A stretch of DNA of 24,507 bases from a virus (lineage: Duplodnaviria > Caudoviricetes). The notes under the pieces are model-generated. The model did not search any database, was not told where the DNA came from, and saw only the letters and a list, made by a program, of their open reading frames with translations. Positions 14,017-22,608 of this stretch are shown here, in pieces (positions within the stretch are counted from its first letter, which is position 1; each line of letters begins with the position of its first letter). Made by a program: the position numbers and the translations under genes. The DNA is taken from the IMG/VR virus record IMGVR_UViG_3300017658_000245, positions 1-24,507 of that record, one strand, 5' to 3'.

Positions 14017-14241
14017 ATGGGACATTGGCTGCTGCCCTGGCTAATTGGGCTGAGACCGAAGGCGAAACCGACGCCAAAACCGTGCGAGCATCCCATCGAA
14101 TATGTTCGGAGGATGCCAGTTAATCCGCCCGTGCGCGATGAACTCAGGGCAACCGACTGGCAGGAATGCACGAAGTGCGGCATGCAGCGGCTGATCCATC
14201 ACATTGCCGAAGACTGGCAGGTTCCTCGAGTCACACCCTGA
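14017..14241 (+). CDS. Small zinc-ribbon-like protein
   Basis: GAGGA RBS; CEH...ECTKCG ligand pattern after a short hydrophobic N-terminus. Confidence 0.6.
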   Translation: MGHWLLPWLIGLRPKAKPTPKPCEHPIEYVRRMPVNPPVRDELRATDWQECTKCGMQRLIHHIAEDWQVPRVTP

Positions 14242-14290
14242 CTCAGTCACGCTCTTTCCTGACCTCTTTCCCCTTTCCCCTCTCTACCTC

Positions 14291-14638
14291 ATGTCTGCCG
14301 GTCAGTACCGTTATCGCATCCGTATTGAGGCTCCCACGCGCACCGTCAATCCTGACGGGCAGACGGTGACAGTCTGGCCGTCCGAACACGATGCCCCCTT
14401 TCTCGCGCTCTGGGCAAACTACTTCATCAGTAGCGGAGACCAAGGGGAGCATCACAAACAGCAGCAGACGCAGGTGAATGCGATCTTCCGCGTCCGCAGC
14501 ACACCGGCAGCCAGGTCAGTCACGCCAGGAATGCGGGTCCGGTTTCGTGGTCAGATCTATGAGATCGCCACGGCGGAGGACATTGACGGACGTAACCGGG
14601 AAGTTGTGATTCAGACGACAGGGACTCGCGCAGCATGA
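14291..14638 (+). CDS. Head closure / head-tail adaptor (SPP1 gp16-like)
   Basis: MSAGQYRYRIRIE...DGQ...W...LWA...FRVR...PGMRVRFRGQIYEI...DIDGRNRE. Confidence 0.88.
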   Translation: MSAGQYRYRIRIEAPTRTVNPDGQTVTVWPSEHDAPFLALWANYFISSGDQGEHHKQQQTQVNAIFRVRSTPAARSVTPGMRVRFRGQIYEIATAEDIDGRNREVVIQTTGTRAA

Positions 14639-15054
14639 ATATTCAGGCGGCAATTCGTTCTCTGCTGGTGGCTCATGAGGAGATCAGCGATCTGGTGGGG
14701 GATCAGGTTCGTCCCGACAAGTTGTCAGAAAAAGACTCTCTGGCGATTCGTCCGGCCATCATCCTGGAGCTAGGGACGTTCAGCGATCTGGCCGACCTGA
14801 GTGGAACCAGCAGCAATGAAGCCGATGGCACCGTGCTGATTATCTGCTGTGCCCACACCCGGGCGGAAGCGGGAGAGGTAGAAGCCACTGTGAAATCTGT
14901 CCTGGATGGTTATCGCGGCGGCAGTTCCGGGCTGTCGTTGGAAGCCTGCAAATATCAATCGACCAGTTACGAGCATGAACCACCGGATGAAGATTCTGAT
15001 TCAAAAGACTGGTATTTAAACGTGGCGACGTATTACGTGTTCGCGCGGGCTTGA
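14635..15054 (+). CDS. Tail terminator-like protein (DUF3168-like)
   Basis: IQAAIRSLL.....LVGDQVRP.....PAII...VKSVLDGY; lies just before the tail tube gene. Confidence 0.78.
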   Translation: MNIQAAIRSLLVAHEEISDLVGDQVRPDKLSEKDSLAIRPAIILELGTFSDLADLSGTSSNEADGTVLIICCAHTRAEAGEVEATVKSVLDGYRGGSSGLSLEACKYQSTSYEHEPPDEDSDSKDWYLNVATYYVFARA

Positions 15055-15079
15055 AGTTGATCAAAACAGGGGGCATGAC

Positions 15080-15538
15080 ATGACAAAATATCCAAGTATC
15101 GGAACGCTGATTCAGACGGCAATCTCCAGCGTGCTGGTAACCGTGGCAGGCGTGACGGCGATCAACTTCCCGGACGGCGAAGTCCTGTTCTGGGACGCCA
15201 CGGCGCTTGACTCCACGTACGTGGAAGATGGCGAACTCGCGGGGTTGTCGACAACCGGGGAATGCTCCGGCGACGGGTTCTACGATCCGGCCGACACGGT
15301 GCAGATCGCGCTGTTCGGTGATCTCACCAGTGGCGGTGCTTACCGCGACTGGGCGATTGTGCGACCGGCTGCCGACCCGGAAGACCCTCCCGTTCCGGTC
15401 TGTTCTTTCAATGGCTCGATTAAAAAGTTCACGCCGAAAGCGGCCGTTAAAGACGGTCTCAAAATCGACTGGGCCGTGAAGCTCCGCACGATCGCGGAAT
15501 ATAGCGACGGCACTGAAGAAGGCGGCGGAGAAACCTGA
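15080..15538 (+). CDS. Major tail tube protein
   Basis: 152 aa acidic beta protein: GT.I...V.GVT.I..P......D.T.LDS...E...GL...GE.S..G.YDP...F.G.I; synteny agrees. Confidence 0.8.
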   Translation: MTKYPSIGTLIQTAISSVLVTVAGVTAINFPDGEVLFWDATALDSTYVEDGELAGLSTTGECSGDGFYDPADTVQIALFGDLTSGGAYRDWAIVRPAADPEDPPVPVCSFNGSIKKFTPKAAVKDGLKIDWAVKLRTIAEYSDGTEEGGGET

Positions 15539-15552
15539 GACACCTTTCGCGA

Positions 15553-15592
15553 TGGCCGGCAGCCCCGTCAGCAATGACGGGGCTGCCGGCCA
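15553..15592. terminator. Perfect 18-bp hairpin with a GCAA tetraloop (terminator or mRNA 3' stabiliser)
   Basis: TGGCCGGCAGCCCCGTCA-GCAA-TGACGGGGCTGCCGGCCA; only a weak U tract follows. Confidence 0.6.
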
Positions 15593-15634
15593 GTGAGTTT
15601 AGTTTCGGCAACACCTTTAATTCAGGAATCGACC

Positions 15635-15964
15635 ATGCCGCCCATTAAAAATGATTACCGCGTCCGCCTGATTAAAGACTGCCGGGCGATCAACCCTGAG
15701 TTCAATCCATTACAGGAAGTTGGACCGCAGAATCCTCGGTTTGTGACGTTCAAAGCGGGCCGGGAACTCTCTGGTCCCCATGCGTGGCTGCTCTGCCGGC
15801 CGGACGCTTACTTCGATGACGTGAAGGCCGAGCCTCTGGACGATTTCACGCGCGCCCGCGTGGAGCGCGAGGAACGTCGTTCCGCCGCGATCCTGGCCGC
15901 CCGCGAAAAACGCCTGCAGGCCGAAGCGGCGATGAAAGCTGCCAAGAAACGTCGTAACCGCTAA
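15635..15964 (+). CDS. Hypothetical protein with a basic helical C-terminus
   Basis: ATG 15635 follows AGGA; 109 aa. Confidence 0.65.
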   Translation: MPPIKNDYRVRLIKDCRAINPEFNPLQEVGPQNPRFVTFKAGRELSGPHAWLLCRPDAYFDDVKAEPLDDFTRARVEREERRSAAILAAREKRLQAEAAMKAAKKRRNR

Positions 15965-16063
15965 TACACCCGGCGCACCTCTCCCCAGGCCGATCACGTC
16001 TTGACCTGGGCGACGTGCATCAAGGCCGGGTCTTTCTCCCTCTTCTTTTCTCTGGAATTCCTC

Positions 16064-16441
16064 ATGGCTGTCACTCGTGAAAAACTGCTGGCATTCGGCA
16101 AAAAACGTCGATTCGAAACTGTTTCCATTCCAGGCCTGGGCGACGTACGGATTCGATCGCTCAAGGAACTCGAGCGCTCCCAATTTGAGCGGGACTATCA
16201 GGGGACTGACAATCCCGATCGACAGCTGGAGGGAAAACGGGCACTGATTGCAGCCTGCGTGTGCAATGAGGACGGGGAACCGCTCCTGACCGCTGCTGAC
16301 ATTGCCGAGTTGGCAGAGCATGACGGCGCCTTCACCGGGTTTCTGTTCGATAAGTGCTGGAAGCTGTGTGGGTTTTCCCGACTCGACATTGAAAGCATCG
16401 TGGGAAACTTACAGATGACCCCCGCCGCCGATTCGCCGTAA
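16064..16441 (+). CDS. Tail assembly chaperone (lambda gpG-like)
   Basis: MAVTREKLL...ETVSIPGLGDVRIRSL...ER..FE...LIAACVCNEDGEPL; slippery GGGAAAC near the 3' end. Confidence 0.88.
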   Translation: MAVTREKLLAFGKKRRFETVSIPGLGDVRIRSLKELERSQFERDYQGTDNPDRQLEGKRALIAACVCNEDGEPLLTAADIAELAEHDGAFTGFLFDKCWKLCGFSRLDIESIVGNLQMTPAADSP

Positions 16442-16776
16442 CACTGGCCCGTACGTTTGGACGCTGGGACATTGATCAGTTCCTGAGTGAGATCGAACCG
16501 TACCAGTTTGATGAATGGTATGCCGCCTATCTGCTCTCTCCCTGGGGAGAAGAGCGGGAAGACTGGCGACTGGGCATGCTGGCCTGTGCGATGGAGACGC
16601 TGTTTTGCGCACATGCGGGCGTTGATCCCAGCTGGGATCTGGGGGATTTTCGATATGGATCGAACGACGACCCGGAAGATGATCCCGATTTTGATCCACT
16701 GGCAAAAGATGCACAACCGGCAGAAATGCAGATTGCCATTTTGCAGCAGGTGGCTGCGCGGCACCGGGGGCGATGA
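16402..16776 (+). CDS. -1 frameshift extension of the tail chaperone (gpT / DUF4035-like), giving a gpGT fusion 16064..16776
   Basis: G GGA AAC at 16402-16408. The -1 frame is open to 16776: LTDDPRRRFAVTLARTFGRWDIDQFLSEIEPYQFDEWYAAYLLSPWGEEREDWRLGMLA... Confidence 0.88.
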   Translation, partial: GKLTDDPRRRFAVTLARTFGRWDIDQFLSEIEPYQFDEWYAAYLLSPWGEEREDWRLGMLACAMETLFCAHAGVDPSWDLGDFRYGSNDDPEDDPDFDPLAKDAQPAEMQIAILQQVAARHRGR

Positions 16777-17309
16777 TGCAGGGCATGGAAGAGCTGGAAG
16801 CGGCCATCCACGATCTGGCGAATGAGTTTCCCAGACAGGTTTCCACCGCGTCCGTGAATGCGGCCTTGGGAGTGATGGTCCGTGCTCTGCAAAGGGCGGC
16901 CCCCACGGGCAAGACGGGAAAACTCCGCCGCTCTCCCGGAAAGACCGTGAAACGCCGATCCGATGGAGCGGCGGGGAAAGCCGGGTTTGATGTGGGACAG
17001 AGTGCGGCCACGAAAGATGTGCGCGGACCTCATGCGCATCTCTACTATCTTGGCACACAGAAACGCTATCGGACCGGCTCCAAGGGGAAACCGCCCAAAG
17101 GGATCGGCGGGCGGTATCGGCCTGTTGAAATGCTGATCCGGCGCGGGGTCTATGCGCCGGATGTGGCGAAATACAAACGCCGAACCGGTTCGGCGCCGGC
17201 TCATTCTGGAATGGCTTCCGTGCTGAATGCCGCTGTGCCCGACGCGATGCAGGCGATGGTGAATGTTGCGGAAAAGAAGCTACAGGATCTGACGGAACGG
17301 GGGAAATGA
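16773..17309 (+). CDS. HK97 gp10-like tail completion/neck protein
   Basis: MQGMEELEAAIHDL...AAPTGKTGKLRRS...GPHAHLYYLGT; basic protein. Confidence 0.7.
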   Translation: MMQGMEELEAAIHDLANEFPRQVSTASVNAALGVMVRALQRAAPTGKTGKLRRSPGKTVKRRSDGAAGKAGFDVGQSAATKDVRGPHAHLYYLGTQKRYRTGSKGKPPKGIGGRYRPVEMLIRRGVYAPDVAKYKRRTGSAPAHSGMASVLNAAVPDAMQAMVNVAEKKLQDLTERGK

Positions 17310-17312
17310 AGC

Positions 17313-19202
17313 ATGGCCACGATCGGGGACCTGGTTGTCAAACTCCGTCTGTCAAATGGGACGTTCCGCCAGAACATGCAGGATGCGGGCCGTCAGGCCC
17401 AACAGCTCGATTACGACATCGTGAAGCTCGAACGCTCCACGTTGCTGGCAGAGGACTCCACGGCCCGCCTGGGACGGGCGATGGCTTCGCCGATTTATCG
17501 GGCGCAGCAATGGGCCACTGCGCAGGCGAAATCCAATCAATCCGTGATGCAGGCCCGGGCCGCCAATGATCAGCTGGCTGCCGGCCTCGCCAACTCGACA
17601 GTGCAGACCAATCTGGCCACGCAGGCCAGCTTGAAGCTGGACCGGGAAATCATGGAGACCCAGCAGCAAACCAAGCTGCTGGCCGCCACGCAGGCCGATG
17701 CATCGATGCAGGCCAAACAGCTCGCGCTGTCCGAGGCCCAGGCGGCGCAGGCACTGGTTCAGACAAAATCTGCCACCGCGCAGCTGGCAATATCCGCAAA
17801 GAGTGCCGCAATAGCCGAAAGCAATCTGGCCATGGCAGCAGAGCAGATGCTGCAACGCTCGCTGCAGGCGGCGCAAGCACAGCAACAGTTGGCCACAGCT
17901 ACAGAACATTTTGGGAGAACAGCCACAGTCAGTGCAGCCACGATGCGCCGGTATCGGAGTGAATTTGCCAAGGGGGCTGCCGCAACGGCTGGGCTTGGCA
18001 TGTCGAGTGGCAAGGCTCAGCTGGCAATTTCTCAACTGATCTTTGCTGTGGATGATGCATCTACAGTGTATGGCACTGCTGGACTTTCCGGCGCTGTGCG
18101 TGCTGCGGGGAACAATCTGACGATGTTCGCCAGCCTGCTGGGTGGACCATATGCGCTCGCCGCTGCCGTGGCACTTTCCGCTGGCATGCAGCTCTATTTG
18201 ACGTTCACTAAAGAAGCGAAAGCCGCTGATAATGAGACAGAAGCAATTAAACGGCAGATTGCCGCGCTGAGAGAACGTGCGCATCTCTTGGGTGTTTCCA
18301 CGACTTCCGACAAGGCAAACAAAAATGTCGATGAGCTGCGATCCGAACTGCGTGAAATCGAGATCCAGAAAAAGCTGCTGCAACAACAACAGTCAGACGC
18401 ACAGAATAAGTCCCGCATGGCTCACATCGCTGACAAAGCCACTTATTGGAACTATGTGTCTGGCGGTATTAATTCTCAGCAATACATGTTCGCCCGGGCT
18501 CACAAAGATGAAATCGCCGAAGCTGTCCGACAGAGGGACCTTGCCAAAGCTGCCGCACAGGAATTGATTGTTGTTGCCGAGCGTCAATCACAAGCTGAGG
18601 CCCATATTAACGCACTGCTCAAACAGCGATCTTCTCTCTACAAGAGGGAAACCGGCGGAGCCATTGCCGAACTGACTCGTCAGCAATTGGAATTCAATGC
18701 GCAGAATGACGCGAGGCGAGCCGAAGAGCAGAAAAAACAATCAGAGACTGAACAGCAAGCCAAGATCTCCGTAATGAGGTGGGGGTTTGATCAACAGCGT
18801 GAACGCTTCCGGGAGATTCGACCAGATCTTGCCCAAAAAATGGATGTTGCAGATCAATATCGCGAGCGCATGACACAGCTAAATGCTGTGGGTTTGGCAA
18901 TGCCGAAAGCGATGCGTGATCAGATTGCAAACGGTTTCTTGGGTTCCGCATTGCAGCAGATGAAAAAATTAAGTGTTTCCGACCCAGCGCGCGGACCAGC
19001 CGGTCTTGAGCAGGGCAGTCGGGAATCGCTGGAGCGGATCCGTCAGCGTGATCTTGAGCGATCCGCACCAAAGCAGACTCAGGAACAGTTGCTGCAAGAG
19101 CTCGTTAAGTTGATTAAAGCATCCAGCACAATCGAGAAGACGCAAAATGAAACGCTGTCGAAAATCCTCATAAAACAGCCTACGGCATCTGATCTTCGCT
19201 GA
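17313..19202 (+). CDS. Tape measure protein (629 aa)
   Basis: MATIGDLVVKL start, Ala/Gln-rich helical body, central hydrophobic Gly/Ala segment; follows the chaperones. Confidence 0.85.
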   Translation: MATIGDLVVKLRLSNGTFRQNMQDAGRQAQQLDYDIVKLERSTLLAEDSTARLGRAMASPIYRAQQWATAQAKSNQSVMQARAANDQLAAGLANSTVQTNLATQASLKLDREIMETQQQTKLLAATQADASMQAKQLALSEAQAAQALVQTKSATAQLAISAKSAAIAESNLAMAAEQMLQRSLQAAQAQQQLATATEHFGRTATVSAATMRRYRSEFAKGAAATAGLGMSSGKAQLAISQLIFAVDDASTVYGTAGLSGAVRAAGNNLTMFASLLGGPYALAAAVALSAGMQLYLTFTKEAKAADNETEAIKRQIAALRERAHLLGVSTTSDKANKNVDELRSELREIEIQKKLLQQQQSDAQNKSRMAHIADKATYWNYVSGGINSQQYMFARAHKDEIAEAVRQRDLAKAAAQELIVVAERQSQAEAHINALLKQRSSLYKRETGGAIAELTRQQLEFNAQNDARRAEEQKKQSETEQQAKISVMRWGFDQQRERFREIRPDLAQKMDVADQYRERMTQLNAVGLAMPKAMRDQIANGFLGSALQQMKKLSVSDPARGPAGLEQGSRESLERIRQRDLERSAPKQTQEQLLQELVKLIKASSTIEKTQNETLSKILIKQPTASDLR

Positions 19203-19216
19203 CATTCTCGCTCTCC

Positions 19217-19250
19217 GCGCACCGCGACGACTCGGGGGCGGAGGGAATCG
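19217..19250 (+). promoter_or_regulatory. GCGCACCGC-N12-GCGGAGGGAATCG element (copy before the tail-tip genes)
   Basis: Identical boxes and spacing to 22573-22606; both start 36 nt before an ATG. Confidence 0.6.
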
Positions 19251-19252
19251 TT

Positions 19253-20206
19253 ATGGCAGTTGTTGGAACTCCCCGGGAAGTCTCGGGACGGCCGGGGGGC
19301 ATGGTCGGGACGCTCGATTCTCGGACCGCACAGCGGACGTGGAACATCACCGTCAATTCTACGGCGGATGATGCGTTCACCATTCACGCGTCCGTTGGCG
19401 GGCTGTTGCCGGGTCTGTTCGCCTCGCATCCACAGAATCTTTTTTTTACGTGCCGAAGCCTCCGCTACGAAGAGACTGACAGCCGGTTTCACTGGCGGGC
19501 AATCGCCGATTATTCCTGTTCGCCACTGAGCAGAGAAGAAGAAGAGCGGGCCACCACGCCCAACCCGATGGATCGAGCGTTGCGGGTGGAAGTGGATTCT
19601 GTGGAGTTCGAGAGATACGCCACGAAAGACATCAATGGCTATGGTCTGGTCAATTCGGCGAACGATCCCTACTCCGCGCAGGCGGTGGAAGATTCCCGCA
19701 CGGTACTGATGATCGAGCGGAATATTGCAAACTGGTCCGGTGGCTGGGAGCTGATCAACAATACGCTGAATTCCGGTGCCGTCACGTTCACGGATGGCGT
19801 CACATCGCGCACGGTTCCTGCTGGATGTGGATACATCAAGCGCATTCGGAGAAGCTCGCTCCGAAAAGAAAACGGCTACGTGTTCTATATCGCCAGCGCC
19901 GAAGTGCATGTCAAAAGCGATGGTGAAGAATGGCGGATGCACCTGCTGGATGAAGGCTATTACCACTTGCAAACTGATGCCGGAAAGCAGAAGAAATCCT
20001 ATATCAAGGTCTGGGACGATGAGACCAAAGCGGCGGTGAACACTCCCACGGAGCAGCTCCTGGACGGCACTGGCCATATTCTTGACGATACCGATAGTGA
20101 TGGGGTGGTGGATTTTGGAAGCACGGGCACCAAGCACGATCCCGTTTTCATCGACTTTGACATGATCAGGGAAGCGGACTGGTCCAGCCTCCCGTTCTTC
20201 TCCTGA
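19253..20206 (+). CDS. Putative distal tail / tail-tip protein
   Basis: First gene after the tape measure; beta-rich, 317 aa; GGAGGG RBS. Assignment by synteny. Confidence 0.6.
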   Translation: MAVVGTPREVSGRPGGMVGTLDSRTAQRTWNITVNSTADDAFTIHASVGGLLPGLFASHPQNLFFTCRSLRYEETDSRFHWRAIADYSCSPLSREEEERATTPNPMDRALRVEVDSVEFERYATKDINGYGLVNSANDPYSAQAVEDSRTVLMIERNIANWSGGWELINNTLNSGAVTFTDGVTSRTVPAGCGYIKRIRRSSLRKENGYVFYIASAEVHVKSDGEEWRMHLLDEGYYHLQTDAGKQKKSYIKVWDDETKAAVNTPTEQLLDGTGHILDDTDSDGVVDFGSTGTKHDPVFIDFDMIREADWSSLPFFS

Positions 20207-20227
20207 CCTCTTTCCTCTACCTGTAAC

Positions 20228-20701
20228 ATGTCCGGAATCATCCTCACCCAATCCGCCGCTGATCGTCTCCGGCGCCAATTGCGGGACACTGAACGCAGGC
20301 CAGTGAGCAAGCTGCCGAGGCTGGGGCGGAAGTACCGGAGCGTCTCTGTTCAGGAAAAGTGCCCGGAGGTCGATGTCTTGACCTTGTTCGGCCCCATTAC
20401 CGGCGGAACGGTGAAGTTGCGTTATCGGCTTCAAGATGTCACAGCTGATGCCGTGCTGGACTGGGATACAGACGCAGATACGGCGCAAGCCACGCTCATT
20501 TCATCGCATTCAAAAATCAATTCTGGCGATGTCTTCGTGGTCGGTGGACCCTGGCCGACTGTCTCGCTGCACATTATCTGGGATGGCCAGTACAAGGGGA
20601 AATATGTTTTTTTCCCGGCTGTAATCCCCGACTTAACCGGCGGGGGAACGTGCAATTTCTGGAAGGCGTCTTCCTCAAACTGGAGAGGTTACTACTCCTG
20701 A
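20228..20701 (+). CDS. Putative tail-tip protein
   Basis: 157 aa; TGGT..L.Y.....T.....D.....Q..L......V.V.GGPWP....I.W.G beta module; TGATG-coupled to the next gene. Confidence 0.55.
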   Translation: MSGIILTQSAADRLRRQLRDTERRPVSKLPRLGRKYRSVSVQEKCPEVDVLTLFGPITGGTVKLRYRLQDVTADAVLDWDTDADTAQATLISSHSKINSGDVFVVGGPWPTVSLHIIWDGQYKGKYVFFPAVIPDLTGGGTCNFWKASSSNWRGYYS

Positions 20702-21963
20702 TGTGCTGTCCATCCACCGCAATCATGCCCAAGTGGGCCTCGCTGTTTAAAGTTCGCCTGTCCGATGGCGCGGTGATCTGGTGGTCAGCCAAGGGCAGAA
20801 TGGCCAATGGCGCACTAATTAGAGATTATACATTCCGGACAATGTCCGTTGTCGTGTCTGGAGATCTGGTCTATGAAATTGGTGGCACTTTTTATCCAAC
20901 GGGACCGCAGCGATCTTTTGCCGTTCGGGACGACATGGGGCCAACGTATGATTCTTTTTACGACTCCATCGCGCCGGATATCGAGCACCAAGCGAACTTC
21001 ACACACGGCATCTTAAATTCGTCCGGCGATCATATTTGGATGCCATCCCCTCTGATGGTGCATCGAGTCGAGGCCAACAGCGGAAAATGTGTCTTTGAAA
21101 AAAGTATCGACTCCTCATTCGTTGCCAATATTGGCGACGGAAACACGCCATACCTGAAAGAGAGCAACCCCGAACGATGGGTGGCATCGGCGCCCTCTGA
21201 TGGATTCGTGAACTGGGACAACAACTCACTAATGGTGAGGAGTTATGACAATAGTGGATCCAGCCGAGGAACTCTGTCAGGTGTCCGGTGGTTTTGCGAT
21301 CATGATGCGGATCATTTCATCTGCGTTCGACAGGCGACATCTCCGCTGGTTGAAAAACGCCTCAAAATCAATCCGGCGGGGTCTCCTACCGACACCTTTC
21401 CGGGATTGAGCGTCTACATCCCCGACAAACTCTCCTCGAACGGAAAGAATGTCTCTTTCACGAGAAATGGAACTGCCTTCGTACTGAATGAAGACTTTGA
21501 TGTCATCGTCGAAAGCGGAGATCCGACATTTTCAATGACTGGAGGCGGGTCAAATCCTTACCTCACAGCAACGGGAACGGATGGGATCTACCTGCTGTTC
21601 AACAAATACAGCAGCTATTCCGATGGAAAGCTGCTGATTCGAAAACTGACTGATGACGGCTTGGCATGGTCGAAAACGCTCAACACTGTCGATGTTTCAA
21701 ATACTTTCTACTATGTCACTCGCGTTATTGAGCGTGATGACGTGGTGTATCTCTCAGGTTGGTGGAAAGATGCTGATTCCGGAAAGATCATGAATCTGGC
21801 AGCACTGGACGCAGAGACGGGTGATGTCATCTGGCAACGGCAGCTTGTAAAGCTGACCTCAGAGTCTCTGGGCGGAGCGACCATCAATAGCCCGGGACTG
21901 CACTTCACATTTAAGGGGGAGTTCCTGTTTCTGGCCTGCAACGGCACCGTGAAAATTGGCTGA
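20701..21963 (+). CDS. PQQ-type beta-propeller protein, candidate receptor-binding protein
   Basis: ATG 20701 overlaps the upstream stop. Blade motifs LFKVRLSDGAVIW, VHRVEANSGKCVF, LAALDAETGDVIWQ. Begins MCC. Confidence 0.65.
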   Translation: MCCPSTAIMPKWASLFKVRLSDGAVIWWSAKGRMANGALIRDYTFRTMSVVVSGDLVYEIGGTFYPTGPQRSFAVRDDMGPTYDSFYDSIAPDIEHQANFTHGILNSSGDHIWMPSPLMVHRVEANSGKCVFEKSIDSSFVANIGDGNTPYLKESNPERWVASAPSDGFVNWDNNSLMVRSYDNSGSSRGTLSGVRWFCDHDADHFICVRQATSPLVEKRLKINPAGSPTDTFPGLSVYIPDKLSSNGKNVSFTRNGTAFVLNEDFDVIVESGDPTFSMTGGGSNPYLTATGTDGIYLLFNKYSSYSDGKLLIRKLTDDGLAWSKTLNTVDVSNTFYYVTRVIERDDVVYLSGWWKDADSGKIMNLAALDAETGDVIWQRQLVKLTSESLGGATINSPGLHFTFKGEFLFLACNGTVKIG

Positions 21964-22269
21964 TCACCCATCCCAGCCGGGGAGTTCCTGGAACTCGTCC
22001 CAGCTGATTTCTTTGCCGGGCAGGGCGGGCAACTGGCGGGACTGGTGAAACCGACCGATTAATCGGCCCTGGGGAGTCCGGCCCAGGCCGGCAGCGCCGA
22101 ACTCTGCCGAAAGCTGCTTTCGGATCTTTTTCGCCGCTCGCTGAAATCGGCTGAGCCTGCGAATGCGGACTTCGAGCCGCTGCAGTTTGCGGAACAGCGC
22201 ATCGGCATCATCACTGAGCTGAATCAATGCCCCGGCGGGAATGACGGCAGTCTTACGTGGTTGGGCCAT
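21964..22269 (-). CDS. Hypothetical basic coiled-coil protein
   Basis: ATG 22269 follows GGAAAGGG; 101 aa; abuts the convergent propeller gene. Confidence 0.55.
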   Translation of the reverse strand: MAQPRKTAVIPAGALIQLSDDADALFRKLQRLEVRIRRLSRFQRAAKKIRKQLSAEFGAAGLGRTPQGRLIGRFHQSRQLPALPGKEISWDEFQELPGWDG

Positions 22270-22477
22270 GAGATGCCCTTTCCATTCGCAGGATTTCATC
22301 GCGGGCAATGGACTTGAGCGTCAGCCAATCCTCTTTGAGCTCGGATCGTGCCGGCGCATTCACAAAGCGGGCCATGGCCCAGTTCAGCGCGCGGCGACGG
22401 GCAGCGAGGTCCAGCGTCTCCAGCGCGGCGGCAATCTCTCGCATGGCGGCAATTTCAACGGCAGTCTGCTCTTCCAT
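22253..22477 (-). CDS. Hypothetical helical protein (74 aa)
   Basis: GGGAGGG RBS; EIAAMREIAAALETLDLAARRRALNW helical hairpin. Confidence 0.65.
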   Translation of the reverse strand: MEEQTAVEIAAMREIAAALETLDLAARRRALNWAMARFVNAPARSELKEDWLTLKSIARDEILRMERASHGPTT

Positions 22478-22572
22478 GATCTTCCCTCCCTGGTCTGTCA
22501 CGGACACCGCCATTCTATGCGGAGTTCATCTGTCCCGGTAACCCCTCTTCTCCCCGCCCGTGTGCAGCCCCG

Positions 22573-22606
22573 GCGCACCGCCGCTGCCCCCCTGCGGAGG
22601 GAATCG
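22573..22606 (+). promoter_or_regulatory. GCGCACCGC-N12-GCGGAGGGAATCG element (copy before the metallopeptidase gene)
   Basis: Matches 19217-19250 in both boxes and spacing. Confidence 0.6.
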
Positions 22607-22608
22607 CG

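Noticed and set aside
20701-21963. Diversity-generating retroelement target
   Set aside because: No reverse transcriptase and no template/variable repeat pair visible in the window.
5522-21963. Gene transfer agent rather than phage
   Set aside because: An HNH plus P27-type terS with a cos-like gap and several moron-like inserts fit a temperate phage better; integrase and replication genes are outside the window, so intactness cannot be judged.
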